NCBI GenBank assembly: GCA_037444445.1 | Contig: JBBIMK010000015.1 | Location: forward strand, 1-32,000 | Origin: a bacterium | GTDB taxonomy: Bacteria; UBP7; UBA6624; JBBIMK01 | Reading direction: 5' to 3' | DNA length: 32,000 nucleotides | Shown: piece after piece, positions 14,737 through 23,409 of the stretch | Numbering within the stretch: position 1 is the first letter of the stretch | Layout of the letters: every line of letters begins with the position of its first letter | Program-made: the position numbers and the translations under genes | The notes under the pieces: generated by a model | Database searches by the model: none | What the model was told of the DNA's origin: nothing | Seen by the model: the letters and a program-made list of their open reading frames with translations, nothing else

Positions 14737-17700
14737 GTGAAGAGAAAAAGGAATATAAAAAGAAAGATTTATGGTGCAACGATTTTCCTTATTTTTACAA
14801 TTTTTCTAATCTGGATAGGATACATCTGTCGCAGGACAGGGCAAAACACTGTTCTTACTTTTCAGCAATATGGCCTGGTGCTTTCTTATCAGAGGATAAG
14901 GGTGGAACCATGGAAACTTTCCACCGTGGTAGAACAGTTGAAGATTTTTTCTATCGGTGATACAGAGCCTTTCTTAAGCGCCGATAGGATAGAGGTTTCG
15001 GTGAACTGGAGAATCTTTCTGAATCAACCTGTGTTCAATGCCATCTCCATCCTCAGACCGAGGTTGCAACTGGACAAAGCCCATTTTCCAGCCCTCATCG
15101 CATATATGGGAAAAGAGAAAGGCACCCATTTTCAGGCAGGAAAACTAACCGTAAAAGAGGGGGATTTTTCCTTTCATCCATCGGAGGCAACCTGGGGCTT
15201 TACATTTGAAAACTTCCAGGTGGAAGCCCGATGGAAACAGAGAAAACTGGCAGGAAAGTGGTCTGCATCTGCTCTTCGCTGGAACATTTTGGGATATGAA
15301 ACCCAGCATTCCACATCTTCTGAATTTTTATGGGATGGAAAATCCTGGGTTTTCTTCCATGGCACAGCAAAAAACTTCACAGACCATCTGGAGTGGAACC
15401 TGCGGTTCCAGGCGGATACATTTCAGGGGCTTATGACTGGAAATCTAACGCTCTCCTCTATGCAAAAATTCGCTCCTGATTTAGAATTTCGGCCCATCCA
15501 ACTTAAAGTCCATCATCAAAATGGAGAGTGGAAATTCACCCTTGACCGTTCATCCTTTCAAGGGGGAAATTTGAGTGGAATAGGGAGTCTGAATCCACTG
15601 AAAAAGTCCGGAGAATTTCAAGTGAACTTGCAAAAGATTCCCATAGAGAAAACTCCGGGGGCAAATTCCACCGGAATTGCCGGGAAAGTGGATGGCACCG
15701 CAATCATCCAACTCCATCAAGATAAAGTAATCGCCCGGGCAAACCTTTCCTCGCCCGAACTGCAATTGCCCGACGGATTATCTTTCCATCATGCCTCTGC
15801 AGAACTCCTCTACGACGATGGAACGCTGAAACTTCCCTCTCTCATCTTTTCCTGGGAAGAAGGGAAGGTGGAAGGAAAGGGAGTGATTCACCTTTTCGGA
15901 AAAGAGGAAGACGCATTAGAGGGGAATTTTCAGAATATCCCAGTTGTGAAATGGCTTCCTGGAGCGGAGAAAATTACCGGAACGACATCCCGGATGAGCG
16001 GGTCTGGAAACCTTCACGGGCATTTTCTGCAACAGCAGGTTGTCTCCGTGCAGATGTCTGTCAATATACACACACAAGAAGATGCCCTGCTTCAATCCGG
16101 GTGGTGTAACATCATCTTAAAAAATGGGAAGGTTTCTTTTTTACAAGGAGAAGGGAAATTAAAAGGTGGACTCCTGTCCGCTTCACCAGATGCCGAAGGT
16201 CAGACAGATTTTACGCTAATCATACAGAACCGAGAACTCCTGATAAACCTGATAGAATATTTCAACCTTCCTTTTTTTGAACCCTATCTTCAGAAGATGC
16301 TTTTCCCACCCGGTTCCCAGCCGTTGGTAATTCACTCGGTCTGGAATGGAAACTGGGAAAAGCCCAGCATAACCGGTGCTGTGCGATTCCCTGACCAATT
16401 CCTCATTCAGGATGTGAAGGTGGAACGAGGAGATATTTCATTCGTCTATAAAAATGAGGAAATAAAAATTACAGATTTCACCTTTCATTTGCCCGCAGGT
16501 CCTGAAGGTAACCCCTTGTTATCCCTCGCCGGAAGCCTCACATTTACAAAAGGTCAGTTTTCAGATGGAAAAGTAGAATGGAAGGCCTTCCGTTTAAGCC
16601 TTTCTGATTTACAACATCTCACCTATTTATTTAAGCAATTCCCTCCCAATTCGTGGAATGCACAGGGATTTCTCACAGGCTCTGGAACCTTCATTTTTGA
16701 GAAAGGCAACCTTTCTGGAGAGTCTCAATGTTCCATCGGTGGATTCTCCATTTTCCCCATGGCTTCTCCTTTGCAAATAACCGGGCGTGTGAGAGGCATC
16801 AGGGGGAAATGGAATGTAGAACTTACCGGCGCAGATACCCAGCAAAACCATTCCACCCTGCTGGTAACAGTGGATCCTCTGGAAAAGCAACTACAACTGA
16901 AATGGGCACTACAAGGGATTGCATTATCGTCTGAAATGGAAAATGAAAGAGGTTCTCTTCCATCCTCAAGTCTAAACTTTTTCAATTTCATTAAGCCTGG
17001 AATGAAGGAGTCAGCGTTTTCCACTACACTGACGACGCATGGTCAATTACGGGGATATTTTCCGTATATAGATGGAAGGGCGGATTTTGTGCTAACAGAG
17101 TTAAGAGTGGGAAGCCTTCAGGGTTCAGTGAATGGAGAAATTCAGGTGGAAAAGGGAAAAGCCGTGCTTACTGCCACAGATTCAACTGGATTGGCCACAC
17201 TTCACAGCATCGTCAGCCTGTTTCCACCGCACCCCTTTTCTACATTACTTCAGGTTCACGGCGAAAAACCCTTGAATTTAACCCGTATAGGGGCGGTGAA
17301 CTTCCAGGGAGACTTCGTGGTGGAAACCTCTGGCACCCTTTCTCCTTTTCAAATTCAGGATACCACCGGTAAAGTTACTCATCTGAAGTTACAATTGGGA
17401 GAGTTTTTACTACAATCAAAAAGAGAGTTCCTCCTGAACTGGGATTTAACCCAAAATCAGGTGATGACAGAACCCTTTGAGTTAACCGGAGAAAACACTG
17501 TTCTCCAGGCTCAATTATCCATTTCTGTTCCCCACATAACCCGAATAACTGGAAAAATATCCGGTTCCCTGGATTCCCAATGGCTTCACCTTTTTTACCC
17601 CACCTTGCAGATTGAAGGAAAAAATGATGTGGATATAGAGTTTTCATACGATGAAGAACTGGAACTTCAGGGGATTGTCCGGGTATATGAAACGAGTCTG

Positions 17701-20700
17701 AAAATGCCGGTGCTTCCGGTGAAAATCCAACAGATGAGCGGAGAACTTCTGGCAAATGGCACAGAAATAAGCATCAAGAACCTTCGCTTTTTTATGAACA
17801 ACGGATGGGTGGCAGGAGAAGGCTTTTTACAGATGTCCAATGGGCAAATTCGGACATCCTTTTTGGCGCTGGAAGGGAAAGAGATTGATCTCCGACCGGT
17901 GGAGGGTATCCGGTTCAGCGCCGATTTTCATCTGAACTTTTATGCCTATGAGGGGCAGGGATACTTATTCGGTCAGATTCAGGTGATGCAAGGGAAAATG
18001 GAACAAATGCCCCCGGCATCCGAATTTTCTGGATTTCCTGAAGTTCCAGTTTTTCTGGATCTCACGGTGGACATTTGGGATAATTTTTTTCTCCGGGTTC
18101 ATCCGATTCAATCAGAGTTATATGGCTCCGTAAACATTCTGGGAACCCTTTCGGACCCGCACGCCACGGGGCGATTGGAAATCAAACCTACCGGGAAAAT
18201 CCGTCTCGGCAGTAAGGATTTTCAGGTGCAAAGTGGATATGTGGATTTTACGGGTGAGTCTTTTTTACCCCGTGTTTATCTCACCGCATGGGCTGAAGAA
18301 TCTCCCTATCAATTTCAGATGGAAATTCAGGGGCAAGCACCCGATTTACGCGTTTCTCTTTTCTCCACTCCCTCTCTTCCTCAGGAAGATATTTTGGCTC
18401 TTTTGTATACAGGCAGACGTTTAAGCGACTTTCAAGGTGGCCCTCAAAATTTGCCGGCTGAAGCCCTTTCTCTTTCCTTCTCCGCCCTTCTATCACAAAA
18501 TTTAGAAAGGGGATTCTTCCAGAGAGTGGTGATTCCTCCCAGTCTCTTCGGAAAATCGGCAGGGCAAACCTCACTACTCACACTGGGGAAAAGCATCGGT
18601 AGTAAACTGTTTATCACACATTCTACGGATTTAGAAGCAGGCAAAGAAAGCACCACGGAACTTTCCTACCGCTTCCGTCCGAACTGGGAATTCATCCTTC
18701 AAAGAGATGAAGAGCGTGAGCCCGGCATCGTGCTAAAATACCAGGGATTGATGGGCAAGAAAAAAACCCCCTTTTTCTCCTTCTCCCTTCCTCATAAAAT
18801 TCGTGAAATTCAGTTACAATCTGACCTGAATGAGCCTTACCATTCCCAGCTCTTGAGTTTCATCCCTTACAAGGCTGGAGACCCCATTCGCACAGCCCAG
18901 CAAAGTCAAATCCGTGAATCCATTCTCCAGTGGTTACATTCTCACGGCTATCTTCAAGCATTTGTGAATGTTTCTCTGGAAGAACTCCCGGATGGAGTGA
19001 ACATCCAGATACGTGTTAACGCCGGTGCTATAAAAGAGGTTCAAATAGAAGGCGTGGAGGAACCGGACAGACGGGCTCTGGAAAATAGAATCAGGGAAAT
19101 CTGGAAAGAAGCCATATCCGACCGCTCCTTTGCGGCGGAAGCCATCCAGGAAATCCAACACTTTTATCAAGAAAGAGGATACTTATTTGCGGAGAGCCGG
19201 ATTAAGTTAGAGAGGGAAGCGGAAAAAACACGAGCCATTATCACAATTGCAAAAGGACGCTTGCAAAGGGTAGAGACGGTTCAATTCGTGGGTGCGTCTC
19301 CAGATTTTCAACCCTTCCTACGAAAGCAAATGCTACTGAAATCAGGAAGCCTCATTGTAGCCTCTCTCTTGAAACAGACTCAGGAGCGGTTTTCCTTATT
19401 CTACCAGGATAATGGATTCTACGATGTGCATATGGAGCATTCTATTCTTCAGGTAGAAAATAAAGATACAGCCATCGTTACTTTTCAGATTCAGGAAGGG
19501 ATTCGGTATAGGCTACGCTCTGTGGCCGTGCAAAGCGATGAAAAAATAGAAGACGCCATCGGACAGCCCTGGAAAAAAATGATGAGGATTGGAGAACCGT
19601 TGTCCATTACAAGCGTTCAGCAAGCAAAGAAGGAATTGCTTCATGCTTTGCAAAAGCAAGGCTATTTGGAAGCTGCCGTTCAGTTCTATATTCTGAAATC
19701 TCCGGAAGTGGGAGAGGCAGATGTCCTTTTTTCTTTGAAAAGCGGTCCCCTTTATACCATTCAGGACCATCAAATCACTGGAGTTTCGTCTCCATACTTG
19801 AAGTCTCTCATAGAAAAAGAAGTTGTTTTTCATCCCGGGGAACCTTTGAACCTGGAAAAACTGGAGGAAACGCGTTGGAACATTTCTTCCACAGGTCTTT
19901 TTCAATCTGTGCGAGTAACCTATACGAAGGGAATGCGTGAATCCTCACAGTCAAATCTTGTCCCTTGCCATGTCCAGATTTATGCGGAAGAAAATACTTC
20001 CATTTCACTGGTGGCTCGCGGGGGCTGGAATGCTTCTCAGGGTGCGGATATCTCCATATATCTTACGGACTACAACTGGGCACACTCTGGCAAGCAAGCC
20101 TACATCCAGGGGGAGGCATCTGAACGTGTACTCACCAGCGGGTTGGGATTATCCACACCACGACTCTGGGCTCGGAATCAGCAAGGCAGCGTATCCCTGC
20201 TATTTCAGCGAGAAAAACAGGCCGCCTTCACCCTGAGTCGCGAGAATGCCATTGTAGAATTCCGGCGCACACCGCAGAGGTTTAACCAGTTTACCATCCG
20301 GTTAAACCTGGAGAAGGCACGATATTCCGATTTCACAGGTGACCCTACCAGTTTCCCACGCAAGGATGAATTCCTTTCCAGTTTAACCTTTTCCTACCTG
20401 AGGGACCGACGAGATGACTTCCTTTTTCCGTCTCACGGCGACCTTCTCATTACCAGCCTGAAAACCTCAGGTGATTTTATGGGGTCACAACGAGATTTCG
20501 TTCGGACTTATTTTCAGTATACCCGCTTCCAGCCACTCCCCTCTCATTTAACTCTGGCTACCGGAGTGCGTCTCGGCCTGGGAAAAACCTTTGATGCGGA
20601 CTCTCTGCTTCCACCGGGCGAGCGATTTTTCGCGGGCGGTGATAACTCCCTCCGGGGATTTGAAGTCAATACCCTCGGACCCAAAGACCCACAAACAGCG

Positions 20701-20973
20701 AAGCCCATTGGCGGTAATGCCATGCTTCTACTCAATCAAGAACTCCGATACCGCCTCTCTTCCTCCTACGGGTTTCATATCTTTTACGATTATGGAAATA
20801 TTTTTCGCAGGGTCGCCGATGTAGAAAACTGGCGGGGGCGCTCCGGCGCCGGCGTTGGTGCTTTTTTTCAAACACCCCTGGGACCATTTCGTCTGGAACT
20901 TGCCCGAAACCTGAATCCGGAGCCTACCGAAGATACTTACCGCATCCACTTCGGCTTTGGCTTTGCCTTTTAA
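14737..20973 (+). CDS. Fusion protein: TamB/AsmA-like envelope-spanning protein (aa 1 to about 1336) joined to an Omp85 BamA/TamA-like protein (5 POTRA-like repeats plus beta-barrel)
   Basis: GTG 14737 is the first start codon after in-frame TAA 14668-14670, and there is no stop for 2078 codons. The N-terminus is basic and carries a TM helix (YGATIFLIFTIFLIWIGYI). A DUF490-like block runs from about 18058 to 18744 (GRLEIKPTGKIRLGSKDFQVQSGYVDFTG, STPSLPQEDILALLYTGR, LTLGKSIGSKLFI, ELSYRFRPNWEFILQRD..IVLKYQ). Five repeats of about 79 aa occupy 18799-19980. The barrel spans 19981-20970, with LRGF at 20650-20661 and the terminal HFGFGFAF. Confidence 0.9.
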   Translation: MKRKRNIKRKIYGATIFLIFTIFLIWIGYICRRTGQNTVLTFQQYGLVLSYQRIRVEPWKLSTVVEQLKIFSIGDTEPFLSADRIEVSVNWRIFLNQPVFNAISILRPRLQLDKAHFPALIAYMGKEKGTHFQAGKLTVKEGDFSFHPSEATWGFTFENFQVEARWKQRKLAGKWSASALRWNILGYETQHSTSSEFLWDGKSWVFFHGTAKNFTDHLEWNLRFQADTFQGLMTGNLTLSSMQKFAPDLEFRPIQLKVHHQNGEWKFTLDRSSFQGGNLSGIGSLNPLKKSGEFQVNLQKIPIEKTPGANSTGIAGKVDGTAIIQLHQDKVIARANLSSPELQLPDGLSFHHASAELLYDDGTLKLPSLIFSWEEGKVEGKGVIHLFGKEEDALEGNFQNIPVVKWLPGAEKITGTTSRMSGSGNLHGHFLQQQVVSVQMSVNIHTQEDALLQSGWCNIILKNGKVSFLQGEGKLKGGLLSASPDAEGQTDFTLIIQNRELLINLIEYFNLPFFEPYLQKMLFPPGSQPLVIHSVWNGNWEKPSITGAVRFPDQFLIQDVKVERGDISFVYKNEEIKITDFTFHLPAGPEGNPLLSLAGSLTFTKGQFSDGKVEWKAFRLSLSDLQHLTYLFKQFPPNSWNAQGFLTGSGTFIFEKGNLSGESQCSIGGFSIFPMASPLQITGRVRGIRGKWNVELTGADTQQNHSTLLVTVDPLEKQLQLKWALQGIALSSEMENERGSLPSSSLNFFNFIKPGMKESAFSTTLTTHGQLRGYFPYIDGRADFVLTELRVGSLQGSVNGEIQVEKGKAVLTATDSTGLATLHSIVSLFPPHPFSTLLQVHGEKPLNLTRIGAVNFQGDFVVETSGTLSPFQIQDTTGKVTHLKLQLGEFLLQSKREFLLNWDLTQNQVMTEPFELTGENTVLQAQLSISVPHITRITGKISGSLDSQWLHLFYPTLQIEGKNDVDIEFSYDEELELQGIVRVYETSLKMPVLPVKIQQMSGELLANGTEISIKNLRFFMNNGWVAGEGFLQMSNGQIRTSFLALEGKEIDLRPVEGIRFSADFHLNFYAYEGQGYLFGQIQVMQGKMEQMPPASEFSGFPEVPVFLDLTVDIWDNFFLRVHPIQSELYGSVNILGTLSDPHATGRLEIKPTGKIRLGSKDFQVQSGYVDFTGESFLPRVYLTAWAEESPYQFQMEIQGQAPDLRVSLFSTPSLPQEDILALLYTGRRLSDFQGGPQNLPAEALSLSFSALLSQNLERGFFQRVVIPPSLFGKSAGQTSLLTLGKSIGSKLFITHSTDLEAGKESTTELSYRFRPNWEFILQRDEEREPGIVLKYQGLMGKKKTPFFSFSLPHKIREIQLQSDLNEPYHSQLLSFIPYKAGDPIRTAQQSQIRESILQWLHSHGYLQAFVNVSLEELPDGVNIQIRVNAGAIKEVQIEGVEEPDRRALENRIREIWKEAISDRSFAAEAIQEIQHFYQERGYLFAESRIKLEREAEKTRAIITIAKGRLQRVETVQFVGASPDFQPFLRKQMLLKSGSLIVASLLKQTQERFSLFYQDNGFYDVHMEHSILQVENKDTAIVTFQIQEGIRYRLRSVAVQSDEKIEDAIGQPWKKMMRIGEPLSITSVQQAKKELLHALQKQGYLEAAVQFYILKSPEVGEADVLFSLKSGPLYTIQDHQITGVSSPYLKSLIEKEVVFHPGEPLNLEKLEETRWNISSTGLFQSVRVTYTKGMRESSQSNLVPCHVQIYAEENTSISLVARGGWNASQGADISIYLTDYNWAHSGKQAYIQGEASERVLTSGLGLSTPRLWARNQQGSVSLLFQREKQAAFTLSRENAIVEFRRTPQRFNQFTIRLNLEKARYSDFTGDPTSFPRKDEFLSSLTFSYLRDRRDDFLFPSHGDLLITSLKTSGDFMGSQRDFVRTYFQYTRFQPLPSHLTLATGVRLGLGKTFDADSLLPPGERFFAGGDNSLRGFEVNTLGPKDPQTAKPIGGNAMLLLNQELRYRLSSSYGFHIFYDYGNIFRRVADVENWRGRSGAGVGAFFQTPLGPFRLELARNLNPEPTEDTYRIHFGFGFAF

Positions 20974-21140
20974 CTCGTTCCCCCGCTCTTTCCATTGGCA
21001 TATTCGTAGAATCATCACTATATCCCGGGACCAACCTGTTCAGTTTGACAGAAGCAACCCCGAAAAATAAAATGTTTATCGGCTTTGCAAAGGGAACTAA
21101 AAATCTTTCAACTCATTCTGTTAAGGAGGAAGCGTTGGGA

Positions 21141-22232
21141 ATGGTCTTTAGAGGAAAACTGAAAGGATGGATAGTAGGGGTTGGCGTTTGCACCCTCTTT
21201 TTCATTCTGCAGGGGAAAGAAGGAAGCATCCAGGGAGTAGGTGTGACTGCTTCTTATGGGATAGAAATTAAAACCACGAAAGATTTAATTGCGGTGGGCA
21301 AAGAGATTGCGGAAAAGAAGGCAGGATGTAATATATGTCATAAAGTCGGTGAACCCGGAGGAAGATGCCCGGATTGGCAGGGAGTTGGTGGTCGGGCTGG
21401 TGCTCGCAAGCCCGGCATGTCCGCAGAAGCCTATTTGATTGAAAGCCTGGAAAATCCAGGGGCTTTTGTCGTGCCAGGTTATCCAAACATCATGCCTAAA
21501 GTTACTGGCCCGCCTGCCAACCTTACGAGAGATGAAATTCTTGCGGTAGTGGCCTATTTAGAAAGCCTGGGAGGGACTGTTACGATTAAACCGGAGAATG
21601 TAAAAATCACTGAAATTATTCCATCAACGGCCTCAGGTGGCTCTACCCTGATTGATAAAGGCAAAGAGATTTTTCAGGGCAAAGGGTTATGTTTCACCTG
21701 TCATTCGTTAAAAAGAGGTGAAAGGATTCTGGGGCCCAGCCTGGCGGACATCGGAGCCCGAGCGACAGAGGCATACATCCGCCAGTCCATCTTAGAGCCT
21801 AACGCCGTCATCGTCTCAGGTTTTCCCGGAAATGTGATGCCTCAAAATTTTAACGAAATGCTCACAGAAGAAGAAATCAATGAGGTCGTAGCGTTTTTAG
21901 TTTCCTTAAAAGGTTCTGAGGAAGAATTGCAAGCAAAAATAAAAGAGGGGGAAAAACTCTTCCGAACCAGAGGGGGTTGTATCGGATGCCATCAAGTAAA
22001 TGGGGAAGGAGGTTTTGTTGGACCCGACCTCACAGGCGTTGGCTCCATCTACTCGGAAGAATACCTGCGAGAATCCATCGTAAATCCCAATGCGCTGGTC
22101 GTGAAAGGGTATCCCCGCAGCATTATGCCTCTAATTTTTGGAAAGGTTCTGTCAGAAAGAGAAATTAATTCTCTGGTAGCCTATTTGAAATCATTGACTA
22201 CTACTCCTCCTGCAGAAAAGTCCACTCCTTGA
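21141..22232 (+). CDS. Membrane-anchored or secreted triheme c-type cytochrome (three tandem class-I-like domains)
   Basis: AAGGAGG lies upstream of ATG 21141, and the N-terminus is hydrophobic (WIVGVGVCTLFFIL). The three CxxCH motifs are CNICH 21327-21341, CFTCH 21690-21704 and CIGCH 21978-21992. Each is followed by a distal Met-Pro (NIMP, NVMP, SIMP) and a (V/A)A(Y/F)L.SL helix. Confidence 0.85.
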   Translation: MVFRGKLKGWIVGVGVCTLFFILQGKEGSIQGVGVTASYGIEIKTTKDLIAVGKEIAEKKAGCNICHKVGEPGGRCPDWQGVGGRAGARKPGMSAEAYLIESLENPGAFVVPGYPNIMPKVTGPPANLTRDEILAVVAYLESLGGTVTIKPENVKITEIIPSTASGGSTLIDKGKEIFQGKGLCFTCHSLKRGERILGPSLADIGARATEAYIRQSILEPNAVIVSGFPGNVMPQNFNEMLTEEEINEVVAFLVSLKGSEEELQAKIKEGEKLFRTRGGCIGCHQVNGEGGFVGPDLTGVGSIYSEEYLRESIVNPNALVVKGYPRSIMPLIFGKVLSEREINSLVAYLKSLTTTPPAEKSTP

Positions 22233-22292
22233 TGTATATTTGTAATCTGGCTTACTGAAATCCGTTCACACATAAGACACGATATATATAGA

Positions 22293-23372
22293 ATGAAAAG
22301 GAGAAAGGACGTTCAAAATTTATTTTTCTTGTTGTGGATTATTCTGGCATTAAGCGGGGGAAATACTTCCGAAAAAAGAACTGCAAAATCGCCTGCTGAA
22401 CAGTTGGTGTGGGGATGTCCTGCAAAAGATTGCATCCCCGCTATGGATGACCCGATTTTTACCACTCCTCAAAAGGTGAACGAAAAAGTAAAATTTCTTC
22501 TGCCTGAAGACATCGTTATCGGGGTGAGTATGTCAGGTGAAGCAAAAGCCTATCCTCATAAAATTCTGACTCGTCATGAAATCGTTAATGACAAAATTGG
22601 AGATGTTCCCATCGTGGTAACCTACTGTCCTCTTTGTGGCTCCGGAATGGTATTGGATAGCAGAATAGATGGCAAGCGGCTGACTTTTGGAGTTTCAGGC
22701 AGGCTACTGAATTCGGATTTAGTGATGTATGACCGGGAGACGGAAACTCTCTGGTCGCAAATTACCGGGGAAGCAATCCTGGGAAAACTGGTCGGGAAAA
22801 AACTATCCATTCTTCCAACCTATCAGGGAACCTGGAAAAAATGGGTGGAACTTCACCCCCACACATTGGTTCTTATCTTCAAAGAAGCACGAATCCCCTA
22901 TTTTTTCTTACAAAATCCGTATGGAGATTATGATAAAACCCCATCCATTCATTTCCCTGTTACCCACTATGATGACCGGTATTTTCCGAAGGAAAAAGTT
23001 CTCGGAATACACCTCTCTCCCTCGGGAAAGGCGAAAGCCTACCCATTTTCTGAACTCAACCGGGTTATGGTGGTTAATGATGAATTACAAGATAAGAAAC
23101 TGGCGATTTTTTATAGCCGAAAAGGGCAGGTGGCACTGGCATACTCCAGCGCAGTAGAAAACAAGGTATTACACTTTCAGCCCGCCGGACCGGATAGATT
23201 CAGAGACGAAGAGACGGGAACCCTCTGGAACTTGAAGGGAGAAGCCATTCAAGGAGAATGGAAAGGGAAGCAACTGAGCCCGATTAGCGCTGTTTCTGGA
23301 TATTGGTTTGCCTGGGTCGCTTTTTATCCAGGAACGGAAGTCTTTCAAGCCGCACGAGAAAAAAAGAAATAA
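22293..23372 (+). CDS. DUF3179-family periplasmic protein
   Basis: Signal-peptide-like N-terminus, then DCIPAMDDPIF, GEAKAYPHKIL..HEIVND, VTYCPLCGSGMV, LWSQITGEAI and GYWFAWVAFYP. This is the DUF3179 pattern as I recall it. Confidence 0.78.
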   Translation: MKRRKDVQNLFFLLWIILALSGGNTSEKRTAKSPAEQLVWGCPAKDCIPAMDDPIFTTPQKVNEKVKFLLPEDIVIGVSMSGEAKAYPHKILTRHEIVNDKIGDVPIVVTYCPLCGSGMVLDSRIDGKRLTFGVSGRLLNSDLVMYDRETETLWSQITGEAILGKLVGKKLSILPTYQGTWKKWVELHPHTLVLIFKEARIPYFFLQNPYGDYDKTPSIHFPVTHYDDRYFPKEKVLGIHLSPSGKAKAYPFSELNRVMVVNDELQDKKLAIFYSRKGQVALAYSSAVENKVLHFQPAGPDRFRDEETGTLWNLKGEAIQGEWKGKQLSPISAVSGYWFAWVAFYPGTEVFQAAREKKK

Positions 23373-23409
23373 GGATTTACCTTCCAGAGTTCACAGCAGG
23401 AAACTTGCG

